The translations under genes and the position numbers were made by a program. The notes beneath the pieces are model-generated. The model ran no database searches. It saw only the letters and a list, made by a program, of their open reading frames with translations, and was not told the origin of the DNA. From Octopus bimaculoides (Eukaryota): a stretch of 64,000 bases of DNA. Location of the stretch: positions 188,418,611 through 188,482,610 of the forward strand of contig NC_068982.1 of the NCBI RefSeq assembly GCF_001194135.2, read 5' to 3'. Every line of letters starts with the position of its first letter. Position 1 is the stretch's first letter. Of this stretch, positions 50,263 through 64,000 are shown in pieces.

Positions 50263-52439
50263 AAATATATACTTGTGTGTGTGTGTAATTCATTCATAAT
50301 TCTATTCGTAATTAGTATAATTGATAGGATTCACAATAGCCTCTTTAATTACTTGTGTAATTCACCTACAAACTATAAAGTCTGGAAATTACTAGAAAAA
50401 TACTTATACAAATATTTGTTAACCTGTTTACAGGTGTTGCAAATGTACCCCATTTCAAGAACAATCCCATAAGCAAACTCGTACTTGAGTGGTACATGTT
50501 TTATTGGTTCTTGAAGAATAAAAGACAAAACCAGCCTTGGCTGCAACCATGCAATTGCCAGCACTAATTAGCAGATCACCTTCGTAACAGAAAGTTTTAA
50601 TGATGACTAGTGAGTTGTCTGAGTAGTTCATAAATCTCATGTGATGGGTGCTCTATTGCTTATTAACTATTGCTAATTAATTATTGCTACACATCATCAT
50701 CATGTGTGTGCGTGTGTGTGTGTGTGTAATCATCATTTAATGTCCATTTACCCTGCTGGCCTGGGCTGGAGAGTCGGACAAGAGCTGGCAAACAAGAGAA
50801 CTGCATCAGGCTCTAGTTGTTTGTTTTGGCAGGATTTCTATGGCTAGGTCCCCTTCTTAATGCCAACCAATTTATATGGTGTACTGGGTGCTTGTTACAT
50901 GGTGCCAACACAGGTGCTTTTTACATGGCACCAGGATGAGTGCTTTTTACATAGCACCAGGATGCATACTTTTTACATGGTGCCAGCATGGGTGCTTCTT
51001 AGGTGACTCCAGCATGGGTACATTTTATGTGGTGTCAGTACGTGTGCTCCTTATGTGGTGCCACCACCTGTAGGGTCACCATGTAGCTTGCAAGACAAGT
51101 TCGTCTCAACTGAGAGAGGGAGTGTAACTTAGATTAGCACAGAAGAGATACATAGCTACCCCAGTAGGACAATGAAGAGAAGGAAAGTATATATGTATGT
51201 ATATATTTGTGTGCTTGTGTTTGTCTCTTACCATCACTTGACACCTGTCTCCCTAGTCTAGCAGTTTGGCAAAAGAGACTGATTGAATAAGTACTAGACT
51301 TACAGAGAATAAGTCCTGGGATCGATTTGTTTGACTAAAGGCGGTGCTCCAACATGGCCACATTCAAATGACTGTAATACGTAAAACCATAAACCTCTTC
51401 TTCAGAGCTACTCAATGACTTTCATTTCATTTCCTTCCTTCAATCTCATGATAAATGCTGACACCTTAGGTTTCATATGGATGCACCTTCCTACTGTCAG
51501 ATTCTTGAAGTGGCTTTCACCTTATAATAATCAACTAAATACCAGTAACTTATGTATATACACACACACACACACATAGGTATGTGTGTGTGTGTAGCAT
51601 TTATTGGTAATATGTATGTATACAGTGTATATACAGCTGTGTTTATGTGTGTGGTGTGTGTGGTGTGGTGTGGTGTGGTGTGTAGTTCTGTATACTTGCA
51701 GTGAGTTTGGTATAATTAGTAACAGTTGTTGGTTTCACTGAAAATCTCTATGAAACACTTCAGAAGAAGCTATCAAGATTCTAAGAACAAGGTGAAAATG
51801 TCAGCACTCGTGTGTGTGTGTGTGCGCACACGCACACACATACACAACGTAAACATTTATATCTGCATATTTACACCTACACATATTGATTAGATTGGTT
51901 CTAACCATTGGCATATAGATCAGCTTTGAGTGTTTATCAAACCACGAGGCAGGGAGGGTCTTTATGGTGTTTACTCAGAGTACTAGAAATAGCAGCCAAA
52001 TTACGCTTGAGTCACATTGTACTGTCTTAAAGAAGGAGCAACACACTGGATAATGTGAATGTCTTTCTTTACTCAGCAATGCATGGGTGTGGCTGTGTAG
52101 TTATGAAGCATGCTTTCCAACCATGTGGGTTCTCGGTTCAGTCCCTCTGCATGGCACCCTGGGCTTGTGTCTTTTCCAATAACCCCAAACCAACCGAAGC
52201 CTTGTGAGTGGATTAGGTAAGAGAAAACTGAAAGAAGTCCATCATTCATATATATATATTTCTTTTATTCTTTTATTTGTTTCAGTCAGTTGACTGTGGC
52301 AATACTGGAGCACCGCCTTGTCAAACAATTCAACCTCAAGACTTAGTTTTTTTAAGCCTAACACTTATTCTGTCAGTCTCTTTGCTGAACTGCTAAATTT
52401 GTTTTCTTGGGGTTGGCTCTGTGAAAATTTTCTTGTTAC

Positions 52440-53835
52440 ATGTAGATGGGACACAGCACTTCTAGCACTCAGTTTTGCTGACTTGGGTGGATCTTCTCTG
52501 GAACCTCATATCACCATACATTTCAGTCCATTGTCATTTCCTCTGTGATCCCTAACACTCTGAGATCAATCCTCACCACTTCATCCCACTTCTTCCTGGG
52601 TCTCCCTCTTCCAAAGGTACCATCTATTTTCAGTGACAGGCCCTTCTTTATGCAGCTGTCTTCACTCATAAGCATCACATGTCCAAACCAACACATTCTC
52701 CTCCCCTGCATACCTTATTTAATTCCTCTTATGCCTGACTTTTCTCTCAACACAGTTGCACTTCGCCATTCATGCACATTGACGCTTCACATCCAACAGA
52801 GCACACTACCTTCATTCCTTTGCAGTCAACGCATGTCCTTTGCATTCAGAGCCCATGTCTCACTACCATGGAATATAGCCATTCTCACACAAGCATCATA
52901 CAATCTACCTTTCACTCTGAGAAGAAGTTCTTTGGCTGCCAACAGAGGTAGCTGTTCTCTGAACTTCCTCCATCCTATTCTTATTCTAGAAAAAATACTA
53001 TCAGAGCATCCACCACCATTACTAATTTGGTCACCTAAGTAGCAGAAACTACTTACTACCTCAAGAGAGCCCCCTGCACATTTGAGAGAGCCTACGTTCT
53101 GTGTGCTCTTAGCGCTTATTGTTCCTGCACATCTGCTACACATGAAAGCGATCTTATCTGTTAATCTATCTGTGATTTCACTGCATCTCCTCTGTGTCCT
53201 GTCCATAGCTTACACTGGGTGCAGAGAATGGAATTACTTTCCACTTCTTTCCAACATCCTGAGCAGGGCCATTTACCTGACAGAAAGAGAACCCTGTCTG
53301 CTTTCTTGCTAGCAACAACTTTAGTCTTTGCTAGGTTAACTTTAAGGCTTTTTGATTCCAGGTTTTGCTTCAATACCTGGAACTTATTATCCAATTCTGC
53401 TTCAGATTCTGCAATAAGAACAAGGTTGTCAGCATATAGCTGCACCCATGGGCATCCAGTCTTGAATTCCTCTGTTATGGCCTGGAGGACTATGATGAAT
53501 AAGAGTGGACTGAGAACTGATCCTTGGTGAACCCTCAACTTATACATTCGTGTCATCATTGTATTCAAGGTCGACTCTCACCTTACTGACAGCATCACTG
53601 TACATGGCTTGTATGGATTCTAAAAAGCCACTGCTCTACTCCCAGCTTCCTTAGAGACCACCAGATAAGAGAGCAGGAAACCCAGTCAAAAGCTTTCTCC
53701 GGGTCAACAAAAGCTAAGGACAATGGTTTACTTTTGGCCAAATACTTTTCTTGTCTCATTAGGAAGATGGCATCTGTGGTTCTCCTCCCAGAAACAAAAC
53801 CAAACTTCATCTCATCTAGTTTTAATTCCATTCCT
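52440..53835 (-). mobile_element. 5'-truncated, frameshifted RTE-clade LINE (RT to C-terminus)
   Basis: DEMKFGFVSGRRTTDAIFL..AFVDPEKAFD; VHQGSVLSPLLF..LYADNLVL; FCYLGDQIS..RIRIGWRKF..FHGSETWAL; WFGHVM..GRGRPRKKW. Confidence 0.95.
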
Positions 53836-54224
53836 AATCAATTGAGCTATAACTCTCTCTGTAATTTTCATGGCCTGGTCCATATATAGGTGTAGCTGTG
53901 GTAAGAAGTTTGCTTCCCAACCACAGGGTTTTCAGTTCAGTCCCATTGCATGGCATCTTGGGAGTAGATTTGGTAGAGAGAAACTGAAAGAAGCCCATCA
54001 TATTTGTGCGTACTTGTGTATCATTGTATGGCCTCCCCCACTGCTTGACAACTGGTGTTGGCGTTTTTATGACCTCATAACTTAGTGGTTCATCAAAAGA
54101 GACTAATAGAATAAGTACCAGCCTTAAATAAAAAAAAAAGTAATGAGGTCAATTTGTTCAACTAAAATTCTTTAAGGTGGTGTCGCACCATTGCCAGATT
54201 CTAATGACTGAAACAAGGAAACGA

Positions 54225-54261
<37 letters not shown>

Positions 54262-54724
54262 TTAAATTGTTGTAATATCCCAAGTCAGCCCCTGATCAGT
54301 TAGGCCTAAGGCATTCTAGCCATGACTATCTCTCCTTTCTCTCTTTCAGATATAATGTATTGAGGACAATAACACTGATTATTTCCTTGTTTTATTTTCA
54401 AGGCTGGTCTTTTAAGCAGATGGCAATTTCTCTGCTATTTCTAGCAGACTGCCACATGCAGGCCTCCTAATTGGCTCCCTTAATTAATGCAGATGTCAGG
54501 AGAGTCCTGTCTTATCATTAAGATTTTATTTCATTGAACTCAAATACCACCCCTCTCTAATTGCTCGCACCACCACCATCTCAGTTCTTCACCACCACCC
54601 CGTTTCTCTTCCTCCACCCACACACCCCAGTCATTCAGTACTTCCTCTTTCACTTGACTTTTAAATTCTTTCTTTGGTTCCATACCATTTCTATTCTTGT
54701 TCCTTTAATTGTTTTCTCAATTTC

Positions 54725-54760
<36 letters not shown>

Positions 54761-55248
54761 GGGCACAGGCATGGCCATGTGGTAAGTAGCTTGCTTCCCA
54801 ACCACATGGTTCCGGGTTCATTCCCACTGCATGGCACCTTGGGCAAGTGTCTTCTACTATAGCTTTGGACTGACCAAAGCCTTGTGAGTGGATTTGGTAG
54901 ACGGAAACTGAAAGAAGCCCGCCGTATATATGTATATATGTATGTGTGTGTGTGTGTGTGTGTGTGTATTTGTGTATATGTTTGTGTGTCTGTATTTGTC
55001 CCCCCACCATCACTTGACAACTAATGTTGGTGTGTTTATGTCCCCGTAAATTAGCGGTTCGGCAAAAGAGAGCGTTAGGATAAATACTAGGCTTACAAAG
55101 AATAAGCCATGGGGTCGATTTATTCAACTAAAGACAGTGCTGCAGCATGGCCGCAGTCAAGTGATTGAAACAAGTTAAAGAACAAAACAAAAAAACAAAA
55201 GAATACAACTACACTCTATCTTCTAACAAATACACACACACTTTTACA

Positions 55249-55296
<48 letters not shown>

Positions 55297-56463
55297 TTCT
55301 CACTCCCTGCCATTACATTGACCCCAGTGCACCACTGGTACTTATTTCATCGACCACCAAAAGGATGAAAGTTTCCATAAACCAAACCCCCTCACAAAGC
55401 TTCGGTCAGTCCGAGTCTATAGAAGACGACATTTGCCCAAAGTGCCGTGCCGTGGGATTGAACCTGGAACCATGTGGTTGGGAAACAAAGTTTCTACCAC
55501 TCAGCCACACCTGGCCCTATGTACTTCATATTTATTCTTTAGCTAATACTAAATTACATTATACCATACATGATTACAACAGCAACAATCTTTTAATCAG
55601 GCCTTTGTGCTTTTATACAGGTGTGGCAGCATTTCCATTCCATTGTTTTGATGCCTTTGTCTTTAATTGACATTAATGGAAATCGTTTTCTTAAGCAAAG
55701 ATCCATTCACCAGTGTTCAATAATCACTATATTGATTGCTTACATCTACACAAAAGTTTCCGATCCAATCAACTAGTACCAGTGTATTACTGGTACTAGT
55801 TTGTGAAGGGTGGATTGGGGGGGACAGGTGCTTCAGTGGAAATGAATAATCACCCAAAACTCTACCTCCTTGGGCCTCACGGAGGCAACGGCCAAGACCT
55901 TTGGCATTACGTCAATTCATAACTATATAGATAGATAGATAGATAGATATGTGTGTGTGCATGCATATATATACATATATATATGTGTGTATGTATATAT
56001 ATATNNNNNNNNNNNNNNNNNNNNNNNNNNNNNNNNNNNNNNNNNNNNNNNNNNNNNNNNNNNNNNNNNNNNNNNNNNNNNNNNNNNNNNNNNNNNNNNN
56101 NNNNNNNNNNNNNNNNNNNNNNNNNNNNNNNNNNNNNNNNNNNNNNNNNNNNNNNNNNNNNNNNNNNNNNNNNNNNNNNNNNNNNNNNNNNNNNNNNNNN
56201 NNNNNNNNNNNNNNNNNNNNNNNNNNNNNNNNNNNNNNNNNNNNNNNNNNNNNNNNNNNNNNNNNNNNNNNNNNNNNNNNNNNNNNNNNNNNNNNNNNNN
56301 NNNNNNNNNNNNNNNNNNNNNNNNNNNNNNNNNNNNNNNNNNNNNNNNNNNNNNNNNNNNNNNNNNNNNNNNNNNNNNNNNNNNNNNNNNNNNNNNNNNN
56401 NNNNNNNNNNNNNNNNNNNNNNNNNNNNNNNNNNNNNNNNNNNNNNNNNNNNNNNNNNNNNNN

Positions 56464-56496
<33 letters not shown>

Positions 56497-56717
56497 CTTT
56501 GTGTGTCTGTGTTTGTCCTTCTGCCATCGCTTGACAACCGATGCTGGTTTGTTTATGTCCCTGTAACTTAGCAGTTCAGCAAAAGTTAACTCATTGAATG
56601 AGTACTAGGCTTACAAAGAATAAGTCCTGGGATCGATTTGGTTGACTAAAGGTGGTGCTCCAGCATGGCCGCAGTCAAATGACTAAAACAAATTAAAGAA
56701 TAAAAGAATATATATAA

Positions 56718-56748
<31 letters not shown>

Positions 56749-57092
56749 GATACACATATATGTGTGTGCATGGTCGCATCTCAGTCATAAGTTTCCTTTT
56801 GGTCTTGGTTCCTTTGGCAAGATGCCTTTCCTATCACTAAACCACTTAACAGTGTGTGTGTGTGTGTGTGTGTGTAGGTAGATATATCTGCTATCAAAAG
56901 TGCAACTGTGGCCTCCTTAATAGATTCTCATCCCTCTATAGGATGGGAGGTGATTAAAATGAACTCCATCGCTATCTCAGCTTCTACGTGCACATTACGT
57001 CACTGCAATTTATATACATTGGGTTATATATGAAGACTCATATACACACACAATGAGTACAGAATTTAAAACAAGACTGTCATTAAAAATAG

Positions 57093-57159
<67 letters not shown>

Positions 57160-58340
57160 CTCTCTCTCTTTTATTTCAGTATCACTAATTGCTCCCCCTC
57201 CTCTTTCTTTCTCTTTTCATAGCCTTCCTCTTTCTTTTTTTTTCTTTCTGTTTCTTGTCTCCTCGTTAGTAACTTCCAGAATGTCTTTCTTACATCTACC
57301 CTCGTTATCTTATTTCATTATCAACAATGCCTTTTATTTCAATATCCTACACTGAATGTCTCCATTACAAATGACACCAATCATGTTTTGTTTCATCTTT
57401 TCTAGTCTTTAACTCATTCCATTCACTGGACTGTGGCCATGCTGGGGCAGCACCTTGAAGGGTTTTATCCAACAACTTGATCTCAGGACTTATAATTTTC
57501 TTTTTTTTTTTTTAAGTCTCGTGGTACTTATCCTACCAGACTCTTTGGCTGAACCAGTAAGTTACAGGGACGTAAACAAACAGTCCCCCAACAGCGGAGG
57601 ACAAACTCAGGCACACACGCACACACATGCAACCGCACACATATGTACATAATGGCTTCCACACAGTTTTCTCTGACCCAAATCCACTCATAAGGCATAG
57701 GCTGGCCTAGGGCTGTAGAAGAAGACACTTGCCCCAAAGTGCCATGTGGTGGGATTGACCTCAAAAGCACTTGGCATGTGTGCGTGTGTTTTATGAAGAA
57801 TTGAACTTTTGAAATCCTGCTAAGGTGGACTTAGCCATTCATCCCTTTAAATATGAAGGAGTTTTTAAGCTCTTATATGTTCTGCAGCAATTCTAAGTGC
57901 TACAGCTGGCTTTGCTCTGTTTTCATGATGTAAAGTGAAGTGAGATATGTCCTCCCCTGGTTAAAACCAGTCTATCACAGTGATTAGAGTATTTGGCTCA
58001 CGATCATAAGGTCCTGAGTTCAATTCCTGGCAACGCATTGTCTCCTTGAGCAAGACACTTTATTTCACGTTGCTCCAGTCCACTCAGCTGGCAAAACTGA
58101 TTTGTACCTGTAATTCAAATCGACCAGCCTTGTCACATTCAGTGTGTCGCTGACTCTCCTTGAGACCTATGTTAAGGGTATATGTGCCTGTGGAGTGCTC
58201 AGCCATTTGCACGTTAATTTCACAAGCAGGCTGTTCCAGTGATCGGATCAACTGGAACACTCGTCGCCATAACCAACGTAGTGCCAACTTTTTGTTTTTA
58301 CACATATATACATATATATACATGTGTGTGTGTAGATATA

Positions 58341-59345
58341 TACAGGATGTGATGGGTAAATTGTCGCCATTTTATATTTTTAATTTCGTGCATATGTATT
58401 GTTTGTTTTTGCTCTTGTCAACTACACAGTATAGTAGGGTCAGTTGGTCACTGTCTGTGAGAAAAACAGCACCATGATGCAATTCACTCTGCCAGATATT
58501 TGGAAACAACATACTGTACTGCTTGGAATTCATGTCAGAAGCTCCAACATGAACATTTCAAAGTGTTTGGCTGTCAATCTGAGGACAGTGCAATCTGAGG
58601 ACAGTGCAATCTGAGGACAGTGCAATCTGAGGACAGTGCAACCTGAGGACAGTGCAACCTGAGGACAGTGCAATCTGAGGACAGTGCAATCTGAGGACAG
58701 TGCAATCTGAGGACAGTGCAATCTGAGGACAGTGCAATCTGAGGACATGTACTGAGACTGATAAAATCAGACATCCAGTCAACATCATGGTGTTTGGAGT
58801 GATCACTGGTGATGGCGACGTTATGCCTCCATTCATCTTCCAACATGGCCTCAGAATGGAGGCCTACATCAAGTGCCTGGAGGTAGTGCTGCCTTGGATC
58901 AAAAGGATGGCTGCTGGAAGACCCTATGTCTGGCAACAGGACTCTGCACCAGGCCACAGAAGCAGGAGAACCCAGTCATGGCTGTCAGACAATGTCTGTG
59001 ACCATGTCACCCCTAACATCTGGCCACATAACTCCCCAGACTGCAACCCCCTTTGTCATTATGCATGGGGCACAGTTGAATGAGGGACCAACAAAACACC
59101 TTGTAACACCAAAGATGAACTGAAGGCAAGGATTATGGCAGCATTCACCAACTTAAACAAGGAGATTCCAAAGTTGCCTGGAGGCCGTCGTTGAGGCCAA
59201 TGGCGATTTTATTGAATAAATTTACTCTTTAGTATTTCAGGATGTTTTTATGTAATTTTGGTAAATATATCTTAAAATTCGACGTCAGTGTTATTTTCAT
59301 TTTTGCATAATTTAGACGACGGTTTATTCACTGCACCAAATGTAC
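58341..59345 (+). mobile_element. Decayed Tc1/mariner-superfamily transposon, maT (DD37D)-type
   Basis: HPVNIMVFGVITGDGDVMPPFIF...YVWQQDSAPGH...IWPHNSPDCNPL(C)HYAWG...NTKDELKARIMAAF. 37 residues lie between the QQD Asp and the third catalytic position (now Cys). Internal deletion and degenerate TIRs. Confidence 0.85.
58574..58747 (+). repeat. 16-bp minisatellite (ctgaggacagtgcaat) x ~11
   Basis: gaggacag recurs every 16 nt from 58581 to 58741; two units carry aac instead of aat. Confidence 0.95.
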
Positions 59346-59499
59346 ATATTAGTCCCACCCCTCCTTTCTTCGTACACTTACTTAAAGCTGTATTTATGTT
59401 TTGACGTCATTAAATGACATTGACATTTTCACCATACACATTAATGTCCTTCTTAAGCCTGAATCTTCTATTAATAAAATTGCTTGTTTGACCAAGACT

Positions 59500-59548
59500 T
59501 TGATGATGATGGTGATGGTGGTGGTGGTGGTGATGATGATGATAGTGG

Positions 59549-59585
<37 letters not shown>

Positions 59586-59710
59586 AGTGGTGATGGTGAT
59601 GATGATGATGATGATAGTGGTGGTGATGATGATAGTGGTGATGATAGTGGTGATGATAGTGGTGATGGTGATGGTGATGGTGATGATGATGGTGGTGGTG
59701 GTGGTGATTT
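59500..59710. repeat. (GAT/GGT)n compound trinucleotide microsatellite
   Basis: Direct reading. Confidence 0.95.
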
Positions 59711-60140
59711 AAAGGAGATTGATGCTGATAACAGTATCTTTACTGATGATCTTTCAGTGTCTCAGTCTCGGTGGTCCTTAATCGCCTACTTTGGGTCATT
59801 TGCAATAAAAGCTGCGATTATTGACATGGAAACCAGCCATCTCAACAGGTACATGCAATATTTGAAATTAAAACCTACACTAACGACCACAAATAATCAT
59901 TACCTGAGGAAATTAACAAATTTCCTGTAATTACAATTTTATAAATATCCATCTAAATTAAGACGAATCATTTCACTCATTCTACCATTCCGTATTCAGT
60001 TTTGAAGGATTTGCTTTGTTGATTTGGTTAGAACTTAACCTCTGTCCAAAAATGTGCTGCTGCTGCTGCCGCTGCTACAGTTCCTGTGAAAATTTTCATG
60101 TGTGTCTGTGTGTGTCTGTGTGTGTCTTAGTTTTTGCTGT

Positions 60141-60403
60141 GTTTCAGTCATTAGACTGCGACCAAGCTGGGGCACATCCTTGAAAAAGCCTTAGTCAAAT
60201 GAATTGACCCCCCCCCCCACCTGGTACCTATTTTGTTTTCAAGCCTGTTAATGTGGTTCAACAAAGGAAGCTGATAGAATAAAGTAACAGGCTTGAAAGC
60301 AAAATAGGTACCAGGTTGGGATTGGGGGGAGGGGGTCAATTTCATTTGACTAAGGCTTTTTCAAAGATGTGCCCCAGCATGGTCACAGTCTAACGACTGA
60401 AAC
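60141..60403. repeat. Fold-back of a family A SINE 3' end (~260-bp hairpin)
   Basis: The two arms are reverse complements sharing private variants (ggggcacatc, gaaaaagccttag, ggtacctatttt). Confidence 0.85.
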
Positions 60404-60572
60404 AAAGTAGAAAGTAAGGCACATACATACACATTGAGACACACAGGCACATACATACACTCGTGTGAAAATTTTCACAGGAGCTGTAGCAGCAGCAGCT
60501 ACTATTGGGGACATAAATACTCCAACACCGGTTGTCAAGCAGCAGTAGAGGCCTCACTCAGGTACAAAGGCA

Positions 60573-60614
<42 letters not shown>

Positions 60615-61718
60615 ATGGGCTTCTTTTCAGTTTCCATCTACCAAGTTTACTCAGAAGGCTTTGGTCGGCCCCACAGGATATGATTGAAGACACTTGCTCA
60701 AGGTACCACACAGAGGAAATGATCCAGGAACCATGTGGTTGGGAAGTAAATTTCTGCAGCATACCTGTCATGCCTGCTTGGATTATCTCAGGGCTAAACA
60801 TAAACGGCCCAGAAAGGATGAAGCAAGCAGCCATGATGCATGCGCAAAACACAGCAGCCCTAACTGAAAGTCATGAAAGGCATAGAAGGAGCCCGACTCT
60901 TCCTCTTCCCTTTTGGGCAGTCAGTTCACCAACTGCCCACTGCTAGGACTTCTAGCTCCCTTTCTTTTCCTCGGTGTCCTACATGTGGTGTTGTGATGCC
61001 TCTCTCACACTTGTCTTGTCTTAATGCTGTCTCAGAGTTTTATGGCCTTTATTTTGCATGTATATTCACACAAACTCCTTGTGCCTTCTTTGTTTTCGTC
61101 ACCATTCTTTATGTTCACTCATTTATTCCTAACAGCTTTTTGCTGTTGATGCCATCAAAATTAACATCAACATCAAAATCAAATCAAATCAAATCACAAT
61201 CAAAAATGGAAATTGTAGTTGTGATTCCCATGCTGGTGTCACATAAAAAGCACCATTTGAACGTGGCTGATGCCAGCCCCTTCTGGCCCCTGTGCCGGTG
61301 GCACGTAAAAAGGACCCACTACACTCTTGGAGTGTTTGGTGTTAGGAAGGGCATTCATCTGTAGAAACCTTGCCAGATCAGACTGGAGCCTGGTGCAGCC
61401 TCCTGACTTCCCAGACCCCAGTCAAACCGTCCAACCCATGCCAGCATGGAAAACGGACGTTAAACGATGATGATGATGATTATTGTTAAAGGTATGAAAT
61501 TGTTAGATTTTCAGACAATAGCTGACAAAGAAAAAGCTTGTCTACATCTTGTGTGTGAATTTCTTGCGTTCCTTTCCCTATATGTGTGTGTAAGTGTGTG
61601 TTTGTGTATAAAGGCAAACTTAATACATTCTTTGTGCATGTCCTCTTGTTGTCTGTCAATTTTATTATTTGTTTATTTGAATTGACTATATATATACATA
61701 TGTATATGTATATATATA

Positions 61719-61751
<33 letters not shown>

Positions 61752-62364
61752 TTTTTTTTTTTTTTCTCTTTATATTATAACGTCATATATCAAAATATAA
61801 AACCAGCTGGTGCGTCTCATTTATGGAAGTTTTAGCCTTTGTAATATTAGTTTACAGTATCAAATGCTTGTGCCTCTCTGCAAATAACACCCAGTAACTT
61901 AACCCTTCATTGTGGTTGATGTTTAGGTGTTTGATTTTCTAGATTACTCTCTGAAAATGAGGGCAAGGTTGAAATTTTGCACATCTGACCTGACACATGA
62001 CACCCTCAGGCATTGTGATTGGCTTTCATGTTGTGACATCAATACTAGCATTTCCTTATATTCCATACACTTATTTTGGGTTTTCCTGTCAAAATTAGGG
62101 TGTTTAGTTGCTTTTCATTTCTAATTGTTGAGATGTTAGCGTCTGGCTATCAAAACAGAGAAGAAGGAAGACCGAGCTAATTGTTGTTTCAAAAACCCTC
62201 CAGTCCTCTGTGTAAAACATGTGCAATTTCTAGGTCAATGGGGGAAGAGCAGAGATACAAAAGAAGGAACAGCACAGGCATGACCGTGTAGTTAAGACGT
62301 TTACTTCACAACCACATGGTACTGAGTTCAGTCACACTGCAGCACACTTTGGGTTTCTTCTATA

Positions 62365-62426
62365 ACTATGGGCCAACCAAAACCTTGTGAGTGAATCCAC
62401 TCACAAGGTTTTAGTTGGCCCATAGT
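62365..62426. repeat. 62-nt near-perfect hairpin at a SINE A / family B junction
   Basis: actatgggccaaccaaaaccttgtgagtg-aatc-cactcacaaggttttagttggcccatagt: 29-bp stem, 1 mismatch. Confidence 0.9.
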
Positions 62427-63329
62427 GGGTGCTTTTTACGTACCACCAGCACAAGGGCCAGTCAGGTGGTTCTGGCAACTACCACACTCAAAAAGTGTTT
62501 TTTTACGTGCAGCCTGCATGGGAGCCAGTCTGGCAGCACTGGCAACAACCATGCTCGAATGTTGTTTTTTACGTGCCGGTAAGGCGACACTGGCAATGAT
62601 CATGCTCGAATGGTGTTTTTCACATGTCACCGATACAGGAGCCAATCCATGGCCCTGGCAACGATCACGTTTGGATGATGCTTTTAACTTTCCATTGGTA
62701 TGAGTGCCAATCAGGCGGTACTGTCATCGGCCACATCAGCGATTTTGATTTTGATTTCACTTGCCTCAATAGGTCTTTGGAAGCAAACTTTATTGTCTAA
62801 TGAATGAGGGGTATTCATAAATGGGCTGGTTACACCCACTGGCATAGGCCACGGGCTATGGTCTTACTTGGTTTGTCGAGTCTCCTCAAGCACAGCATAT
62901 CTCCAAAGGTCTCAGTCATAACAGTTGTAAACGAGTGTCACTGTCATAGATGCAGTGCCGTTTATTTCCAATCTTCTGCAAAAACATGTCTGGCCATGAG
63001 GAAATATTACCATTCTTGGAAACGGGTGAGAGTTGGTGACAGGAAAAGCATCCAGCCTTTGAAAATCTGCCTCAATAAACTCAGTATGACCCATATGAGC
63101 ATGGAAAAAGTGGACATTAAAATGGTGATGATGATGAAAATGGAATAAGAAATATGTGAAAATATAAAAATCCTGTCTCCTCAGACCATTAAGTTTTTTT
63201 TTTTTTTTTTATTTGAAATGTCCCAGCAATTCATTTGTTGACATCTTCTGCTAATCATGCTGATTGCCATTATATGTTCCAAGTCATGACTCCATATTTT
63301 ATGGTTGTTGTTGTCCTCGTCGTATATCG

Positions 63330-63590
63330 TCATTACGACTACCACCACTGTCCTCCACCTCCTCCTCTTCATCATCATCATCATCATCATCATCCTAATC
63401 ATTGTCAGTACGAGCAGTATTCATTGTCAGTATCATTTTCATCATTGCTGTCATCACCACCACCACCACCACCACCACCATTATCATCACCACCCCCATC
63501 ATCATTATCATCATCACTGCCCCCCCCCCTTATCAGCATTACTACCGCGACCATCACCGCCAGCTATTTTACCATGAATATCATCATTAT
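63330..63590. repeat. (CAT/CAC)n low-complexity tract
   Basis: Direct reading. Confidence 0.9.
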
Positions 63591-64000
63591 TTGCCTAACT
63601 CCATCAGTTGAAAGGTTCATTAATTTAATGCAGTATCTAATTGAACTCGTTAATTCCCAATCATGTTCAATATACTTCAGCTAATGGTTTACCTTCCATC
63701 ATCAGCTCATAGCTCTTGGGGCAGATTGCATAACAAAACACACCCTGAGCATGAAGCAGTGAACAGTATGACCCCACAGTACACCAAAGTCCAACATGTC
63801 TGCCGCGAACAACTTGTCAGCTGTCCAAAAACTCAGTTTGCTACTCCCATGCTATAAGATGGCTTATGTAGAGGTAACTGGAAGTTATTTGATAGTCTTA
63901 AAAGGGTAGGGTTTTATATACATAATATAATGAGACGGGTGACATGATATGCTTGAGAAGACCTGTTCAGTCAAGTAAAACCGATATCATAGCTGTGACC

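Noticed and set aside
50373-50640. Short ORFs on both strands in unique sequence
   Set aside because: No recognisable homology or consistent splice sites.
58571-58747. Regular repeat array considered as CRISPR-like
   Set aside because: Contiguous 16-bp tandem units without unique spacers, in a eukaryotic context with no cas genes.
59401-59930. Poly-Asp/Gly and poly-Met/Val ORFs
   Set aside because: Translations of a (GAT/GGT)n microsatellite; no splice or homology support.
63181-63684. Poly-His/Pro/Thr ORFs
   Set aside because: Translations of (CAT/CAC)n low-complexity DNA.

Overview
Repeat-rich, gapped animal genomic scaffold. The tRNA-headed SINE families, RTE LINE relics and dense (CAT)n/(AAT)n/(CA)n microsatellites look like an octopus (coleoid cephalopod) assembly; this is an inference. 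Three protein-coding genes are recognisable. (1) MAIP1/C2orf47 exon 1 on the - strand (2241-2705). (2) TYW5 (JmjC tRNA-wybutosine hydroxylase) on the + strand, five exons (2978-10903), head-to-head with MAIP1 as in human; its last exons are not visible. (3) The first coding exon of an RCAN/calcipressin gene (27376-27825) with a long low-complexity N-terminus, followed by an intron running past the window end. The rest is intronic or intergenic: several SINE families, RTE fragments, a decayed maT (DD37D) Tc1/mariner element, MITE-like palindromes and many local fold-back duplications. The most notable details are the MAIP1-TYW5 bidirectional pair and an inverted ~155-bp copy of the TYW5 intron2/exon3 junction lying in intron 1, identical for ~110 nt and then mismatched right at the splice-acceptor AG. 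There is also a high density of long hairpins inside the transcription units. I see no evidence for a prokaryote-style novel system. Repeat coordinates are approximate (about +/-10-20 nt); exon coordinates were counted by hand.
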